Source of the DNA: an uncultured candidate division Zixibacteria bacterium
GTDB taxonomy: Bacteria > Zixibacteria > MSB-5A5 > GN15 > FEB-12
Length of the DNA stretch: 64,000 nt
NCBI GenBank assembly: GCA_963806185.1
Contig: CAWDXE010000004.1
Location: 320,001 to 384,000, forward strand
Direction of reading: 5' to 3'
This document shows positions 18,761 through 29,063 of the stretch, one piece after another; the stretch's first letter is position 1; each line of letters opens with the position of its first letter. The notes under the pieces are model-generated. The model had not been told where the DNA came from and did no database searches. It worked only from the letters and a program-made list of their open reading frames with translations. The translations under genes and the position numbers were made by a program.

Positions 18761-19401
18761 TGAATTTGATTTTTCTCGGCCCGCCCGGATCAGGAAAAGG
18801 AACTCAGGCAAAGCGCCTGGCCGAGAAACTCGGCTTGGCGCATCTGTCCACCGGGGATGTCCTGCGGGAATCTGTTCGTCAGGGGACGGAGCTGGGCATC
18901 AAGGCCGAGGGGTATATGAAGCGGGGCGAGCTGGTCCCCGACAAGCTGATTATCGAATTGATCGAGAACCGGGTCAAGACCGGTGATCTCGAGGATGGGT
19001 TCATTCTGGACGGTTTTCCGCGCACCATTCCGCAGGCGCAGAGCCTTCAGACGATGTTTGCGGGAAACAATATTGTGCTCGACCGAGCGATACTGTTCCG
19101 CGTTTCGGACGAAGAGGTGGTGCGTCGCCTGTCCGGACGATGGTACTGCCCGCGCTGCAATTCGGGGTACAATTACCCGTCGCACATGCCCAAATCCGAG
19201 GGGCGGTGTGACAACGACGGGACGTCGCTGGCCCGTCGAGCTGACGATGAAGAAGGGGTGGTTCGAAACCGGCTGGAAGTCTACAAAAAGCAGACTCAGC
19301 CGATCGAGGACTACTATCGTAGTGAAGCGATTCTGACGGAAATCGAAGCCGAGGACTCGCCGGAAAGTGTTTTTCAGAAGCTCCTGCGGGTGGCCTCGTA
19401 G
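18760..19401 (+). CDS. adk: adenylate kinase (Zn-type LID)
   Basis: GPPGSGKGTQA, LDGFPRT, CPRC...CDND LID. Confidence 0.97.
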   Translation: MNLIFLGPPGSGKGTQAKRLAEKLGLAHLSTGDVLRESVRQGTELGIKAEGYMKRGELVPDKLIIELIENRVKTGDLEDGFILDGFPRTIPQAQSLQTMFAGNNIVLDRAILFRVSDEEVVRRLSGRWYCPRCNSGYNYPSHMPKSEGRCDNDGTSLARRADDEEGVVRNRLEVYKKQTQPIEDYYRSEAILTEIEAEDSPESVFQKLLRVAS

Positions 19402-19407
19402 GAAACT

Positions 19408-20160
19408 GTGGCTGTGATAGTGTTGAAGACGACCGAAGAAATAGAAATTATGCGCCGGGCCGGAAGGATAGTCGGTGCGGTGCTCGATCTGGTTGAGGAG
19501 ACCATCGAGCCGGGCCTGACCACGAGCCAGCTCGACATGCTGATCGAGGACTACATTCGGTCGCACGGCGCGATCCCGGCGTTCAAGAACTACCACGGGT
19601 ATCCGGCCTCAGCCTGTATTTCGATCGATGATGAAGTTGTTCATGGCATTCCGGGTAATCGGAAGATTCAGGCCGGGGACATCGTTTCGGTCGATGTCGG
19701 GGCGATTGTCGATGACTATTATGGCGACGGCGCCCGGACCTTTCCGGTGGGCGAGGTCAGTCAGGCGAAGACGCAGTTGATGGAATGGACCTACAAGTGC
19801 CTGCTGGCCGGTATTGACAAAGCGCGGAAAGGTAATAAATTAGGGGAAATTTCCGCAGCCGTGCAGCAGACTGCTGAGAGTAAAGGTTACGGGGTAGTGC
19901 GTCAACTCGTGGGCCATGGCATTGGTCGAAAGATGCACGAGGAACCCCAGGTGCCGAACTTTGGTTCCCCAACGGAAGGTCCGGTGCTGAAACCCGGCAT
20001 GGTCCTGGCGATCGAACCCATGATCAATATGGGGACGTACGACGTCAAGACGATGCCTGACGGCTGGACCATCGTTACGGCTGACGGACTCCCGTCGGCC
20101 CATTTCGAGCACACCGTCGCGATTACGGAGAATGGGCCGGAGATACTGACCCTCTCGTAA
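19408..20160 (+). CDS. map: methionine aminopeptidase type I
   Basis: VVHGIP, GHGIG..MHEEP, SAHFEHTV. Confidence 0.97.
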   Translation: MAVIVLKTTEEIEIMRRAGRIVGAVLDLVEETIEPGLTTSQLDMLIEDYIRSHGAIPAFKNYHGYPASACISIDDEVVHGIPGNRKIQAGDIVSVDVGAIVDDYYGDGARTFPVGEVSQAKTQLMEWTYKCLLAGIDKARKGNKLGEISAAVQQTAESKGYGVVRQLVGHGIGRKMHEEPQVPNFGSPTEGPVLKPGMVLAIEPMINMGTYDVKTMPDGWTIVTADGLPSAHFEHTVAITENGPEILTLS

Positions 20161-20173
20161 ACTGTAGGAGACT

Positions 20174-20392
20174 ATGGCCAAAGAAGAGACCATTACTGTT
20201 GAAGGGAAAGTTATTGAGCCGTTACCGAACGCGATGTTTCGGGTCGAGCTCGACAATGGTCACGTGGTCTTGGCGCACATCTCGGGGAAGATGCGAATGC
20301 ATTTCATAAAGATTCTTCCGGGCGACAAAGTGACCCTGGAATTGTCGCCCTACGATTTAACCCGCGGTCGCATCACGTACCGCTACAAATAA
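20174..20392 (+). CDS. infA: translation initiation factor IF-1
   Basis: [20 protein letters not shown]. Confidence 0.98.
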   Translation: MAKEETITVEGKVIEPLPNAMFRVELDNGHVVLAHISGKMRMHFIKILPGDKVTLELSPYDLTRGRITYRYK

Positions 20393-20416
20393 GCGTACTG
20401 GAGAGAAGTAGTCGTC

Positions 20417-20533
20417 ATGAAAGTCAGATCGGCCATCAAGAAGCGGTGCGAACACTGCAAAGTCATCAAGCGTCGCGGCGTGCTGCGGGTGATCTGTTCG
20501 AAGAACCCCAGTCACAAGCAGCGTCAGGGTTAA
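20417..20533 (+). CDS. rpmJ: 50S ribosomal protein L36
   Basis: [38 protein letters not shown] translated from sequence (below ORF-track cutoff). Confidence 0.96.
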   Translation: MKVRSAIKKRCEHCKVIKRRGVLRVICSKNPSHKQRQG

Positions 20534-20570
20534 GCAGAAACGTGTTGTTTTGGAATAAAGGAGTAGTGCG

Positions 20571-20958
20571 TTGGCTCGTATAGCCGGAATCGACCTGCCC
20601 AAAGATAAGCGCATCGACGTTGCGCTCAGGTACATTTACGGGATCGGCCCGGTAACCTCCAATCAGATATTGGATAAGACCGGCGTCAGCCCGGAGTACG
20701 CGGGTAAACAAATTGACCGACGATGAAGTGGCCAAGTTGCGCGGTGTGATCGAGAATGAATACACCGTCGAGGGCTCTTTGCGCGGTGAAATTTCGATGA
20801 ACATCAAACGGTTGATCGATATCGGCAGCTATCGTGGTTTGCGCCATCGTCGCGGCTTGCCGGTGCGCGGTCAACGGACGAAGACCAATGCGCGGACCCG
20901 TAAAGGACCGCGCAAGTCGATCGGCGGTCTGAAGAAGAAGGGACCGGCCAAGGCCTGA
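20571..20958 (+). CDS. rpsM: 30S ribosomal protein S13 (1 frameshift)
   Basis: TTG start [39 protein letters not shown]. Confidence 0.96.
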
Positions 20959-20994
20959 TGTTGCCAAATGATGATTGTGGTATAGAGGAATATT

Positions 20995-21388
20995 GTGGCT
21001 GAACCAAAGAAGAAACGCACTAAGAAGAAAATGTCCCGCGTCGATGCGAACGGCGATCGTTCACATCAAGGCGACGTTTAATAACACGCAGGTGACGGTT
21101 GCCGACAACAACGGCAATACGATTTCCTGGGCGTCGTCCGGCAAGGCCGGTTTCAAGGGATCCAAGAAGTCAACGCCGTTTGCGGCGCAGTTGGCCGCGT
21201 CGAGCGCGGCTCGCGAGGCGATGGATCTTGGCCTGCGTCGGGTGGAAGTCTGGGTGAAGGGACCGGGCGGCGGCCGCGAGGCGGCGATTCGTTCGCTGGC
21301 GGCGGCCGGGCTGGAGATCACGCTGATTCGTGACGTTACGCCGATTCCGCACAACGGTTGCCGTCCGCCCAAGCGTCGTCGCGTATAA
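20995..21388 (+). CDS. rpsK: 30S ribosomal protein S11 (frameshifted near 5' end)
   Basis: [36 protein letters not shown]. Confidence 0.96.
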
Positions 21389-21425
21389 CTTGACTGTTTG
21401 TTGTATTTGGCATAGAGGAGAATGA

Positions 21426-22052
21426 ATGGCTCGGTATCGTGAGGCCGTTTGCAGATTGTGTCGCCGTGAAGGCGAGAAGCTTTTCCTGAAGGGACAGCGG
21501 TGTCTGACGGACAAGTGCGCCATTGAGCGCCGTCAGTACGCCCCCGGCCAGCATGGTCAGGGGATGCGTCGCAAGTTGTCCGCTTACGGGATTCAGCTGC
21601 GGGAAAAGCAGAAGGTTCGCCGTTTGTACGGCATGTTGGAAACGCAGTTCCACAACTACTTTGAAAGGGCGAGCGGCAGAACCGGCGTCACGGGCGAATT
21701 GCTCGTGCAGATGCTGGAATTGCGTCTCGACAACTGGTCTACCGGCTGGGTTTCGCGGCGTCGCGCAAGGCGGCGCGCCAGTTGGTCAGACACCGTCACA
21801 TTCTGGTGAACGGGCACATTGTGGATATCCCGTCGTATCAGGTGAAGCCGCACGAGCTCATCAGGGTAAAGGACAAGTCCAAGAACCTGGACCTGATTCA
21901 CGGATCGTTGAAGATGAATCGCGGCGGCGATCTAGCCTGGCTTCGCGTGAACAAGGCGTCACTGGAAGGCGAGCTTCTGGAAATACCGAAGCGCATGGAC
22001 ATCCCGCTGACCGCCAACGAGCAGCTTTATCGTCGAGTTGTATTCCAAGTAG
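21426..22052 (+). CDS. rpsD: 30S ribosomal protein S4 (frameshifted)
   Basis: [36 protein letters not shown]. Confidence 0.96.
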
Positions 22053-22086
22053 TCGTCAACAGTCCTGAGGGAGGACGAGGAAGAAT

Positions 22087-23073
22087 ATGAAGTGGAAACC
22101 GTTAACGATGCCGAAGGAAGTGGTCAACGACCAGTCCTCCGCATCGGAACACTATTCTCGATTTACCGTTGAGCCGCTGGAACGCGGTTACGGCGCAACG
22201 CTGGGCAACTGCCTGCGCCGTGTCCTCTTGTCGTCAATTCAGGGAGGCGCGCCGGTCGGGATTCGCATCAAGGGCGCCCTGCATGAATTCGCCACGATCC
22301 CCGGCCTGTACGAGGATGTGACCAATATCGTGCTGAATGTCAAAGGCATGATCGTGCGCATGCACGCCGACGACATGCGGACCCTGCGGTTCAAGACCAA
22401 TCAGAAGGGTCGTATCACGGCCGGCAGTTTTTCGGCCGATTCGGAAGTTGAGATTCTCAATCCGGAACTGCCGATCTGCGAGCTGACCGACGATATCGAT
22501 TTTGAAATGGAAATCGACGTCGATTCCGGTCGCGGCTACAGTCTGGCTGAGTCGAACAAACGTCCGGAAGCCCCCGTGGGCACCGTCTTTGTCGATTCGC
22601 TTTTCTCGCCGGTCACCAAAGTTTCGTACCAGGTGGAGAACACGCGCGTCGGACAGAAGACCGACTACGATCGTCTGATTCTGGAGATCACTACGAACGG
22701 CGCCATCAAGCCGGAAGACGCGCTTTCCTACGCCGCAAAGCTGGTGAAGGACCACCTGCAATTGTTCATCCATATGGATGAGAACATCATGGTCGAGGAG
22801 CTGCCCAAGGAAGACGAGGAAGTGCTTCGCATCCGGGGACTGCTCAAGACGCGGGTGGATGAGCTGGAGCTTTCGGTCCGGTCGTCGAATTGCCTGCGTG
22901 CGGCCAATATCCAGACGTTGGAAGAATTAGTGCAGAAGTCCGAGGCCGAGATGCTCAAATTTCGCAACTTCGGTCGTAAGTCATTGAATGAAATCGGTTC
23001 GCTGCTCGAGTCCATGGACCTGCATTTCGGCATGGATATTTCCAAGTTTATTGAGCCGGCAGCCAAAAAATAG
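22087..23073 (+). CDS. rpoA: RNA polymerase alpha subunit
   Basis: EPLERGYG.TLGN.LRRVLLSS, ELELSVRS.NCL, NFGRKSL. Confidence 0.98.
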   Translation: MKWKPLTMPKEVVNDQSSASEHYSRFTVEPLERGYGATLGNCLRRVLLSSIQGGAPVGIRIKGALHEFATIPGLYEDVTNIVLNVKGMIVRMHADDMRTLRFKTNQKGRITAGSFSADSEVEILNPELPICELTDDIDFEMEIDVDSGRGYSLAESNKRPEAPVGTVFVDSLFSPVTKVSYQVENTRVGQKTDYDRLILEITTNGAIKPEDALSYAAKLVKDHLQLFIHMDENIMVEELPKEDEEVLRIRGLLKTRVDELELSVRSSNCLRAANIQTLEELVQKSEAEMLKFRNFGRKSLNEIGSLLESMDLHFGMDISKFIEPAAKK

Positions 23074-23089
23074 CGAGTAGAGCAACGAC

Positions 23090-23578
23090 ATGGGACATCA
23101 AGACAAAGTTGTCAAACTGGGTCGGACCCGGGCGCACCGTGATGCAATGCTGGCCAATATGGCCATGTCGTTGTTCATACACCGGGTGATCAAAACGACT
23201 GATGCGAAGGCCAAGGCCCTCCGGCCCGTGGTCGATCGTCTGATTTCGACCGCCAAGAAGAACACGCTGGCGTCCAAGCGCGAAGTCGCTAAGACCGTGC
23301 GTGACAAAGAAGTGTTCAAGAAACTGTACAAGGATATTCTTCCGGCCATGGGCGAACGAAGCTCAGGGTTTACGCGCGTAGTCAAGCTGGGAGTCCGTCG
23401 AGGCGACGGCGCCCTGATGGCGGTGGTGGAGCTTCTGACCCCTCGTCCGGTCGAAGAACCGGTGACCGACAAGAAGGGGAAAAAGGAAAAGAAGCCTCTT
23501 ACCAAGGCGTCCTTGTCCTCCAAGGCCGGAAAACCGAAGAAGACAAAGCCGACCGACAAACGGGTCGCTAAGGCCTGA
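23090..23578 (+). CDS. rplQ: 50S ribosomal protein L17 with Lys-rich tail
   Basis: KLGRTRAHR, IKTTDAKAK, SGFTRVVKLG.RRGD. Confidence 0.96.
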   Translation: MGHQDKVVKLGRTRAHRDAMLANMAMSLFIHRVIKTTDAKAKALRPVVDRLISTAKKNTLASKREVAKTVRDKEVFKKLYKDILPAMGERSSGFTRVVKLGVRRGDGALMAVVELLTPRPVEEPVTDKKGKKEKKPLTKASLSSKAGKPKKTKPTDKRVAKA

Positions 23579-23601
23579 CCTTTTCGGAAAGAGATGAATC
23601 C

Positions 23602-23631
23602 AAACCCCGCTTTCGGCGGGGTTTTTCTTTT
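23602..23631 (+). terminator. rho-independent terminator ending ribosomal superoperon
   Basis: AAACCCCGC stem with TTCG-type loop, complementary GCGGGGTTT, then T-tract. Confidence 0.85.
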
Positions 23632-23754
23632 CCTCCCACTTGCTCCGCTCGCTGGACCGGTATTATATAACCGGTATACCGGCAACAGGGAGGGACTCTT
23701 CCAACGTCGTTTCCTGGCCTTCACGCTGTGCAGCATACGGGATAGGGGAATTTG

Positions 23755-24252
23755 ATGGAACAACCCAAGAGCGGTGGTATGTCGAAAGGGTGCCTGATCG
23801 GCCTGATCGTGGCTGGCGGGCTGCTCGTTTTGGTGATCATTCTGATGGTCACTTGCTATCTCAATCGAGACGACCTGGCAAAATTCGTCTCCGACCAGAG
23901 CGTTACGCGCATGAAGACGGAGATCGGCACGATGGCGGGTCCGGGTGTTGATTCGGCCAGGTTTAATGTGCTGGCCGACGCGTTTTCCGCGAAGCTGAAG
24001 ACGGAGCCATTTGATGAAATCCGGTTTGCCGGATTCGTCACGGCCGTGCAGAATTACCCGAAGATGGCCGAGGACAAGGTGCTTGATTCGATGGAAGTTA
24101 TGGAACTGGCTCACGCCATGATCACGTACTTCCCTGACCTGGGCACTTATTGGACGCCTTCACAACCGGTGGATACAACCGCTGCAATGCCGGATTCCGC
24201 GAAAGCCGGAGTCTCTGATACAGTCGTGAAAGACGCCGGCTCCGGTCAGTAG
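23755..24252 (+). CDS. hypothetical protein with N-terminal membrane anchor
   Basis: GCLIGLIVAGGLLVLVIILMV hydrophobic segment, GGGG RBS. Confidence 0.75.
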   Translation: MEQPKSGGMSKGCLIGLIVAGGLLVLVIILMVTCYLNRDDLAKFVSDQSVTRMKTEIGTMAGPGVDSARFNVLADAFSAKLKTEPFDEIRFAGFVTAVQNYPKMAEDKVLDSMEVMELAHAMITYFPDLGTYWTPSQPVDTTAAMPDSAKAGVSDTVVKDAGSGQ

Positions 24253-24284
24253 CGGTCGAGCAAATTTAAGCAGCGAGTTTGCGA

Positions 24285-24941
24285 GTGGATGCCCTCACAC
24301 CCATTGCGGTCATCATAGGCGCTTATCTGTTGGGTTCGGTCCCCTTTGGACTGCTCGTTGCCCGAAGCTTTGGCGTTAGCGATATCCGCTCCCTCGGCTC
24401 GGGGAATATCGGCGCGACCAACGTGATGCGTGTGCTCGGGCCGAAGGCGGGCGTATGGGTGTACATCCTGGATATAGCCAAGGGCGTGCTCTCGGTTCTC
24501 GTTGCCCGATATGTGGAACAGTCTTTCTTGCCCCCAGACATATTTCGTGTTCTGGTCGGGTTGTCGGCGGTCATCGGGCATGTGTTTCCCGTTTATCTCG
24601 GATTCAAGGGGGGAAAGGGAGTGAATACGGCGTTTGGCGTCGTTTTGACACTACTACCGCTTCATTCGTTAATAGCCTTTGGTGTGTTCGTGATAACTGT
24701 GACAATTTCGAGATTTATCTCACTTGGTTCAATCATGGCCGCCTTCGTCTTGTTCGCGAGTGTGTTGTTTCAGAAGTTGATTTTGAATCAATCGATCGCG
24801 AATGTATACCTCTGGTTGACAGCGGCAATTGCCCTGCTCGTCGTCTTTACCCATCGTGCCAACATCAGCCGACTCCGGGCCGGGACCGAGAGTCGATTCT
24901 CTTTTTCGTCAACGACGAGCAAGGCGGGCCGGCATGAATGA
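24285..24941 (+). CDS. plsY: glycerol-3-phosphate acyltransferase PlsY
   Basis: YLLGSVP, GSGNIGATNVMR, FKGGKGV, HRANI. Confidence 0.95.
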   Translation: MDALTPIAVIIGAYLLGSVPFGLLVARSFGVSDIRSLGSGNIGATNVMRVLGPKAGVWVYILDIAKGVLSVLVARYVEQSFLPPDIFRVLVGLSAVIGHVFPVYLGFKGGKGVNTAFGVVLTLLPLHSLIAFGVFVITVTISRFISLGSIMAAFVLFASVLFQKLILNQSIANVYLWLTAAIALLVVFTHRANISRLRAGTESRFSFSSTTSKAGRHE

Positions 24942-25941
24942 ACGGGTTACGATTCTCGGTGCCGGCTCATGGGGAATGGCGATCGCCCGGCTCTTGCACG
25001 CGAATGGTTGCGCGGTGAATCTGTGGGAATACGATCCGCCCGTCTATCGCAAACTCGAAACGGACAGATCGGTGCCGACGCGACTCGATGGATTCCGAAT
25101 CCCTGACGGCGTGCATATTGCGAACAATCTGAATGAGGCGGTGAGGGACTGCACATTACTCGTGATAGCCATCCCGGCGCAGTTTGTCCGTGACTCGCTG
25201 CGCCAACTCAAGTCCTCGCCGAAACATGTGCAGGGGATAGTCAATCTCGCCAAAGGGATCGAATTGGGAACCCTGCAGAGGATGTCCGAGGTGATTCATC
25301 ACACGACTGATATCGCCTACGAGAAAATCGCCACATTGTCCGGTCCGTCACACGCCGAGGAGGTCATTAAGGACATGCCCACCACGGTCGTGGTCGCCGG
25401 ATACGCCCAGTCGTTCGTGGCGCAGGTGCAAGCGACGTTCAGTTCCGGCAGTTTCCGTGTCTATACATCGAATGACCTTGTTGGCGTCGAACTGGGCGGT
25501 GCGCTCAAGAACATTATTGCGATTGCGGCCGGCATTGCGGATGGACTCGGGTTCGGCGACAACACCAAGGGGGCGCTCATGACCCGCGGGCTGGCCGAGA
25601 TCACTCGCCTGGGGCTGGCCATGGGGGCGCGCGCGGAGACGTTCGCGGGTCTCTCGGGTCTGGGAGATCTGATTACGACATGTATATCGCAGCACAGCCG
25701 CAATCGGTATGTCGGCGAAAAAATCGGACGGGGAGAGACATTACAGCATATATTGTCGGGGATGACCATGGTAGCCGAAGGGGTGGCTACGGCATCGGCC
25801 GCGCTGGCGTTGTCGCGACAGCAATCGGTGGAGATGCCGATTACCGCGGAGATTTGCCAGGTGCTTTTCGAAGGGAAGCGGCCGACCGAGGCGGTGGAGC
25901 GGCTCATGGGACGGACACTCAAAGCGGAAATCTGGCAGTAA
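24934..25941 (+). CDS. gpsA: NAD(P)H-dependent glycerol-3-phosphate dehydrogenase
   Basis: GAGSWG, GVELGGALKNIIAIAAG, GLGDLITTC.S.HSRNR. Confidence 0.96.
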   Translation: MNERVTILGAGSWGMAIARLLHANGCAVNLWEYDPPVYRKLETDRSVPTRLDGFRIPDGVHIANNLNEAVRDCTLLVIAIPAQFVRDSLRQLKSSPKHVQGIVNLAKGIELGTLQRMSEVIHHTTDIAYEKIATLSGPSHAEEVIKDMPTTVVVAGYAQSFVAQVQATFSSGSFRVYTSNDLVGVELGGALKNIIAIAAGIADGLGFGDNTKGALMTRGLAEITRLGLAMGARAETFAGLSGLGDLITTCISQHSRNRYVGEKIGRGETLQHILSGMTMVAEGVATASAALALSRQQSVEMPITAEICQVLFEGKRPTEAVERLMGRTLKAEIWQ

Positions 25942-25964
25942 GCAGTATGGCAGAGGGCCCGGCC

Positions 25965-26321
25965 ATGCATCATAAGAGTGGTGAAGACGACAAGCGGTAT
26001 TACTCGATCAGCGAAGTAGCGCGAATGACCGGTCTGGAGCCGTACGTGCTCCGGTACTGGGAGAAGGGAATTCCCGACCCTTGCATCCCCGCAAGAATCG
26101 CGGGGGCAGCCGGTTGTACACGTCGAGTGACATCGAGGTAATCAATCGGATCAACCATCTGCGGACCAAGGAGAAGCTGACTATTGCCGGCGCGAGGACC
26201 AAGCTGATGATGAAGCGTCCCAGCGAAGAGAAGACGGTGATGGTCAATCAGGCGCGGTCCCAGACCGCTGCTCGGGAAAATCCGGAAGGACGTCGAGGAC
26301 CTGCTCAAACTTTTCTCTTGA
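25965..26321 (+). CDS. MerR-family HTH regulator (frameshifted)
   Basis: YYSISEVARMTGLEPYVLRYWEK, RLYT, LTIAGAR. Confidence 0.85.
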
Positions 26322-26381
26322 ATTTCGGCGCCATTAGGTCGATTTTTCGGTTACCCCAAGGGGGGGAGCATGCATAGTTGT

Positions 26382-26458
26382 CGGAGCGTAGCGCAGTTGG
26401 CTAGCGCACTCGCTTGGGGTGCGAGAGGTCGGCCGTTCGAATCGGCTCGCTCCGACCA
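26382..26458 (+). tRNA. tRNA-Pro(GGG)
   Basis: Cloverleaf; anticodon arm CTCGC-TTGGGGT-GCGAG; GTTCGAATC T-loop; encoded CCA. Confidence 0.95.
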
Positions 26459-26475
26459 TTTTTTTTGAAGCAGCT

Positions 26476-27186
26476 ATGATATCCCAGGTCAAATGGATGG
26501 ACGAGTCCACTGTTTTCCGATCCCAATCGACCCTGGTGGCTGTGCCGGCCTACAAAGCGGCCCAATACCTCCCCGAGCTCATCACCCGGCTTCGCAAGTT
26601 CGTCTGCAACGAAAATCTACTATTCATTAACGACGGGTCACCCGATGAAACCTCGGATATTCTCAGGCGAGAGGGCGTGGCCAATATCACTTTCCCGCAG
26701 AACAGAGGTAAGGGGGCGGCGCTCAAAGCGGCCTACGATTATGGCGTAAAGCATGGCTACCGGTCGGTGCTGACAATCGACGCCGATCTCCAGCATCTTC
26801 CAGAGGAAATCCCGCAATTTTACGCCTATGATGATGGCAACACAATCGTGATGGGAACGCGGAAGATCGAGTTCAAGACGATGCCGTTTTCGCGGTGGCT
26901 CACGAATAATCTGACCTCGATCATCATATCAGCCTTTTCGTCCCAGCGCGTTCGCGACAGCCAGTCCGGATTTCGATTGTTTCCGACCAGTGCGCTGCGG
27001 GCTATTCCCTTGTCGACGGTGAAATACGATCTTGAGTCTGAGATCCTGTTCAAGGCCGGAGCGCTCGGTTGTCGGGTCGTGGAAGTGCCGATCACGGTGA
27101 TCTACGAGGGTTCGCACTCCTACATCAATCCGTTGAAAGACACGCTTCGGTTTATCCGCCAAATCTGGAAGCGAATCTGGGCCTGA
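26476..27186 (+). CDS. glycosyltransferase family 2 (DPM-synthase-like)
   Basis: VPAY, INDGSPD, NRGKGAAL, TIDADLQH, DSQSGFR. Confidence 0.9.
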   Translation: MISQVKWMDESTVFRSQSTLVAVPAYKAAQYLPELITRLRKFVCNENLLFINDGSPDETSDILRREGVANITFPQNRGKGAALKAAYDYGVKHGYRSVLTIDADLQHLPEEIPQFYAYDDGNTIVMGTRKIEFKTMPFSRWLTNNLTSIIISAFSSQRVRDSQSGFRLFPTSALRAIPLSTVKYDLESEILFKAGALGCRVVEVPITVIYEGSHSYINPLKDTLRFIRQIWKRIWA

Positions 27187-27219
27187 GTGAATCGCCTTCG
27201 CCGCACGAGGTGGCGCCGA

Positions 27220-27248
27220 TTGACTTTTTCGCCGCATCACCCTAAACT
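27220..27248 (+). promoter_or_regulatory. sigma70-type promoter for surE (near-leaderless)
   Basis: TTGACT-17 nt-TAAACT. Confidence 0.5.
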
Positions 27249-27257
27249 ATTCTTCTC

Positions 27258-28037
27258 ATGACTTCACGAAGACATTCGCTCGCAAAGCTCCGCGTCCTGT
27301 TGACCAACGACGATGGGTATCATGCCGATGGTATCACGACGCTCTTCCGGGTGTTGTCACGCAAATACGATGTCTATCTGGTAGCGCCCGATCGCGAGCA
27401 ATCGGCCTCGTCACACTCCCTCACGCTCAACCGTCCCCTGCGAGTCCGAAAGATCGACAGCCATCGGTTTACGACCGACGGCACGCCGACCGACTGCGTC
27501 ATGTTGGCGGTACACCTGTTGTTTAAGGGGAAGAAACCCGATTTGATCGTGTCAGGCATCAACCACGGCGGGAATATGGGGGACGACGTTACCTACTCCG
27601 GTACGGTGGCAGCGGCGATCGAAGGGGCGATCCTCAAAGTTCCGTCGCTGGCGGTATCTATGGCCCAGTATCGGCCCGGGATGTCGTTTGTTAGCGCGGC
27701 CAGGTTTGTCGCGCGCCTGATTGCCAGGTATCCCAGTCTCGGTTTGGAGACGAACACGCTCCTGAATGTCAATTTCCCGGCCGACGACGGCAGCCCATAC
27801 AAGGCGTTTGAAATCACCCGGCAGGGGATCCGCCATTACCGCGACATCGTGATTCGCAAGACCGACCCGCGCGGGACGCCGTACTATTGGATCGGCGGGC
27901 GGCCCATGTGGCGGAGCACCAAGGGGTCGGATTTCAATGCCATCGACCGGGGAGTGGTGTCGATTACACCCATGAAGCTCGATTACACGGATGAGGATGC
28001 GTTGGAGCGGCTGCGCGGGCTCCCCGGATCGCTCTGA
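27258..28037 (+). CDS. surE: 5'/3'-nucleotidase SurE
   Basis: LLTNDDG, DGTPTDCV, SGINHG.N.GDD.TYSGTVAAA. Confidence 0.96.
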   Translation: MTSRRHSLAKLRVLLTNDDGYHADGITTLFRVLSRKYDVYLVAPDREQSASSHSLTLNRPLRVRKIDSHRFTTDGTPTDCVMLAVHLLFKGKKPDLIVSGINHGGNMGDDVTYSGTVAAAIEGAILKVPSLAVSMAQYRPGMSFVSAARFVARLIARYPSLGLETNTLLNVNFPADDGSPYKAFEITRQGIRHYRDIVIRKTDPRGTPYYWIGGRPMWRSTKGSDFNAIDRGVVSITPMKLDYTDEDALERLRGLPGSL

Positions 28038-28107
28038 TGCCCGGTGATCCCCAAACCCCGGTGTTCATGGCGAGGGCGAATAATTCTTGCCCAAAGGCTT
28101 TGGGGTA

Positions 28108-28135
28108 TTGACTTTCGGTGGCTTGTCGATATACT
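28108..28135 (+). promoter_or_regulatory. sigma70-type promoter for tRNA-Pro(CGG)
   Basis: TTGACT-16 nt-TATACT. Confidence 0.55.
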
Positions 28136-28157
28136 ATCTGTTCGCCGAAAACGACAT

Positions 28158-28230
28158 CGGGGCGTGGCGCAGTTGGTAGCGCGCTTGGTTCGGGACTAAG
28201 AGGTCGCTGGTTCAAATCCAGTCGCCCCGA
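28158..28230 (+). tRNA. tRNA-Pro(CGG), CCA not encoded
   Basis: Cloverleaf; anticodon arm CTTGG-TTCGGGA-CTAAG; GGTTCAAATCC. Confidence 0.93.
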
Positions 28231-28307
28231 TTTTGTTAAGCTGTTCAGAGCCTCATCCGGCGCCGGTTTTCCGTCTTATTACATACACGGCAGGTCAGGA
28301 TAAATCA

Positions 28308-28781
28308 ATGGCAGCAGAACGCACACTGTATGTCGCGGTCATAGGTGCCGGCAAGTGTTCCAAGAAACTCCGGGATATGGCAGCGGTGGTAGGTAAGTAC
28401 GTCGCCGAGCACGGTGGCGTCATCGTCTGCGGCGGGCTGGGCGGTATCATGGAAGGGGCGGCCCAGGGGGCGAAGGAGGGGGGAGGCACTACGATCGGCA
28501 TCCTGCCGACCGACAATCGGGCCGACGCCAATCCATACATCGATCACGCCATTCCGACGGGTTTGGGTGAAGCGCGAAACATCATTGTCGTCCGCACGGC
28601 CGACGTCGTCATAGCGTTTCCGGGTAAATATGGGACCCTTTCCGAGATGGCCTTTGCGCTGCTGGCGGAAAAACCGGTGATTTCGATTTCCGCCTGGAAG
28701 CTGGGCGACGACATTCGGTATTGCGAGGATCCACTCGAAGCGGCCAAATTGGCGATGGAACTCGCCCTGCAGTCAGCATGA
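28308..28781 (+). CDS. TIGR00725-like / LOG-family Rossmann-fold protein
   Basis: VCGGLGGIMEGAA.GAK, GILP, TGLGEARN, YGTLSE. Confidence 0.85.
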   Translation: MAAERTLYVAVIGAGKCSKKLRDMAAVVGKYVAEHGGVIVCGGLGGIMEGAAQGAKEGGGTTIGILPTDNRADANPYIDHAIPTGLGEARNIIVVRTADVVIAFPGKYGTLSEMAFALLAEKPVISISAWKLGDDIRYCEDPLEAAKLAMELALQSA

Positions 28782-29056
28782 ATCAGGTGGGGGCACACAT
28801 CGTCGTCTCCGGCCTTGTGCAAGGAGTCGGCTTCCGCTATTATTGCCTGCGTAACGCGGCTCAGCTCGGATTGACCGGATGGGTGAGGAATCAGCCGGAC
28901 GGCTCGGTGGCTGTCCATGCCGAGGGGAACCGCGGCCAAATTGAAGCATTGATAGAGGTTCTCAAAGTGGGGCCACGAAACGCGGCGGTGCGCGATCTCC
29001 AGATTCGCTGGGAGGTATACACCGGCAAGTACTCGTCCTTCAGCCTAGCCCACTAA
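28778..29056 (+). CDS. acyP: acylphosphatase
   Basis: VSGLVQGVGFR, GWVRN..DGSV. Confidence 0.93.
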   Translation: MNQVGAHIVVSGLVQGVGFRYYCLRNAAQLGLTGWVRNQPDGSVAVHAEGNRGQIEALIEVLKVGPRNAAVRDLQIRWEVYTGKYSSFSLAH

Positions 29057-29063
29057 ACACCGT

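Noticed and set aside
26419..26475. N-terminal extension of the GT2 ORF as given in the ORF track (similarly 28233, 44987, 52255, 59288)
   Set aside because: These overlap a tRNA, promoter or neighbouring gene, or lack an RBS; downstream starts with RBS or signal peptide are more plausible
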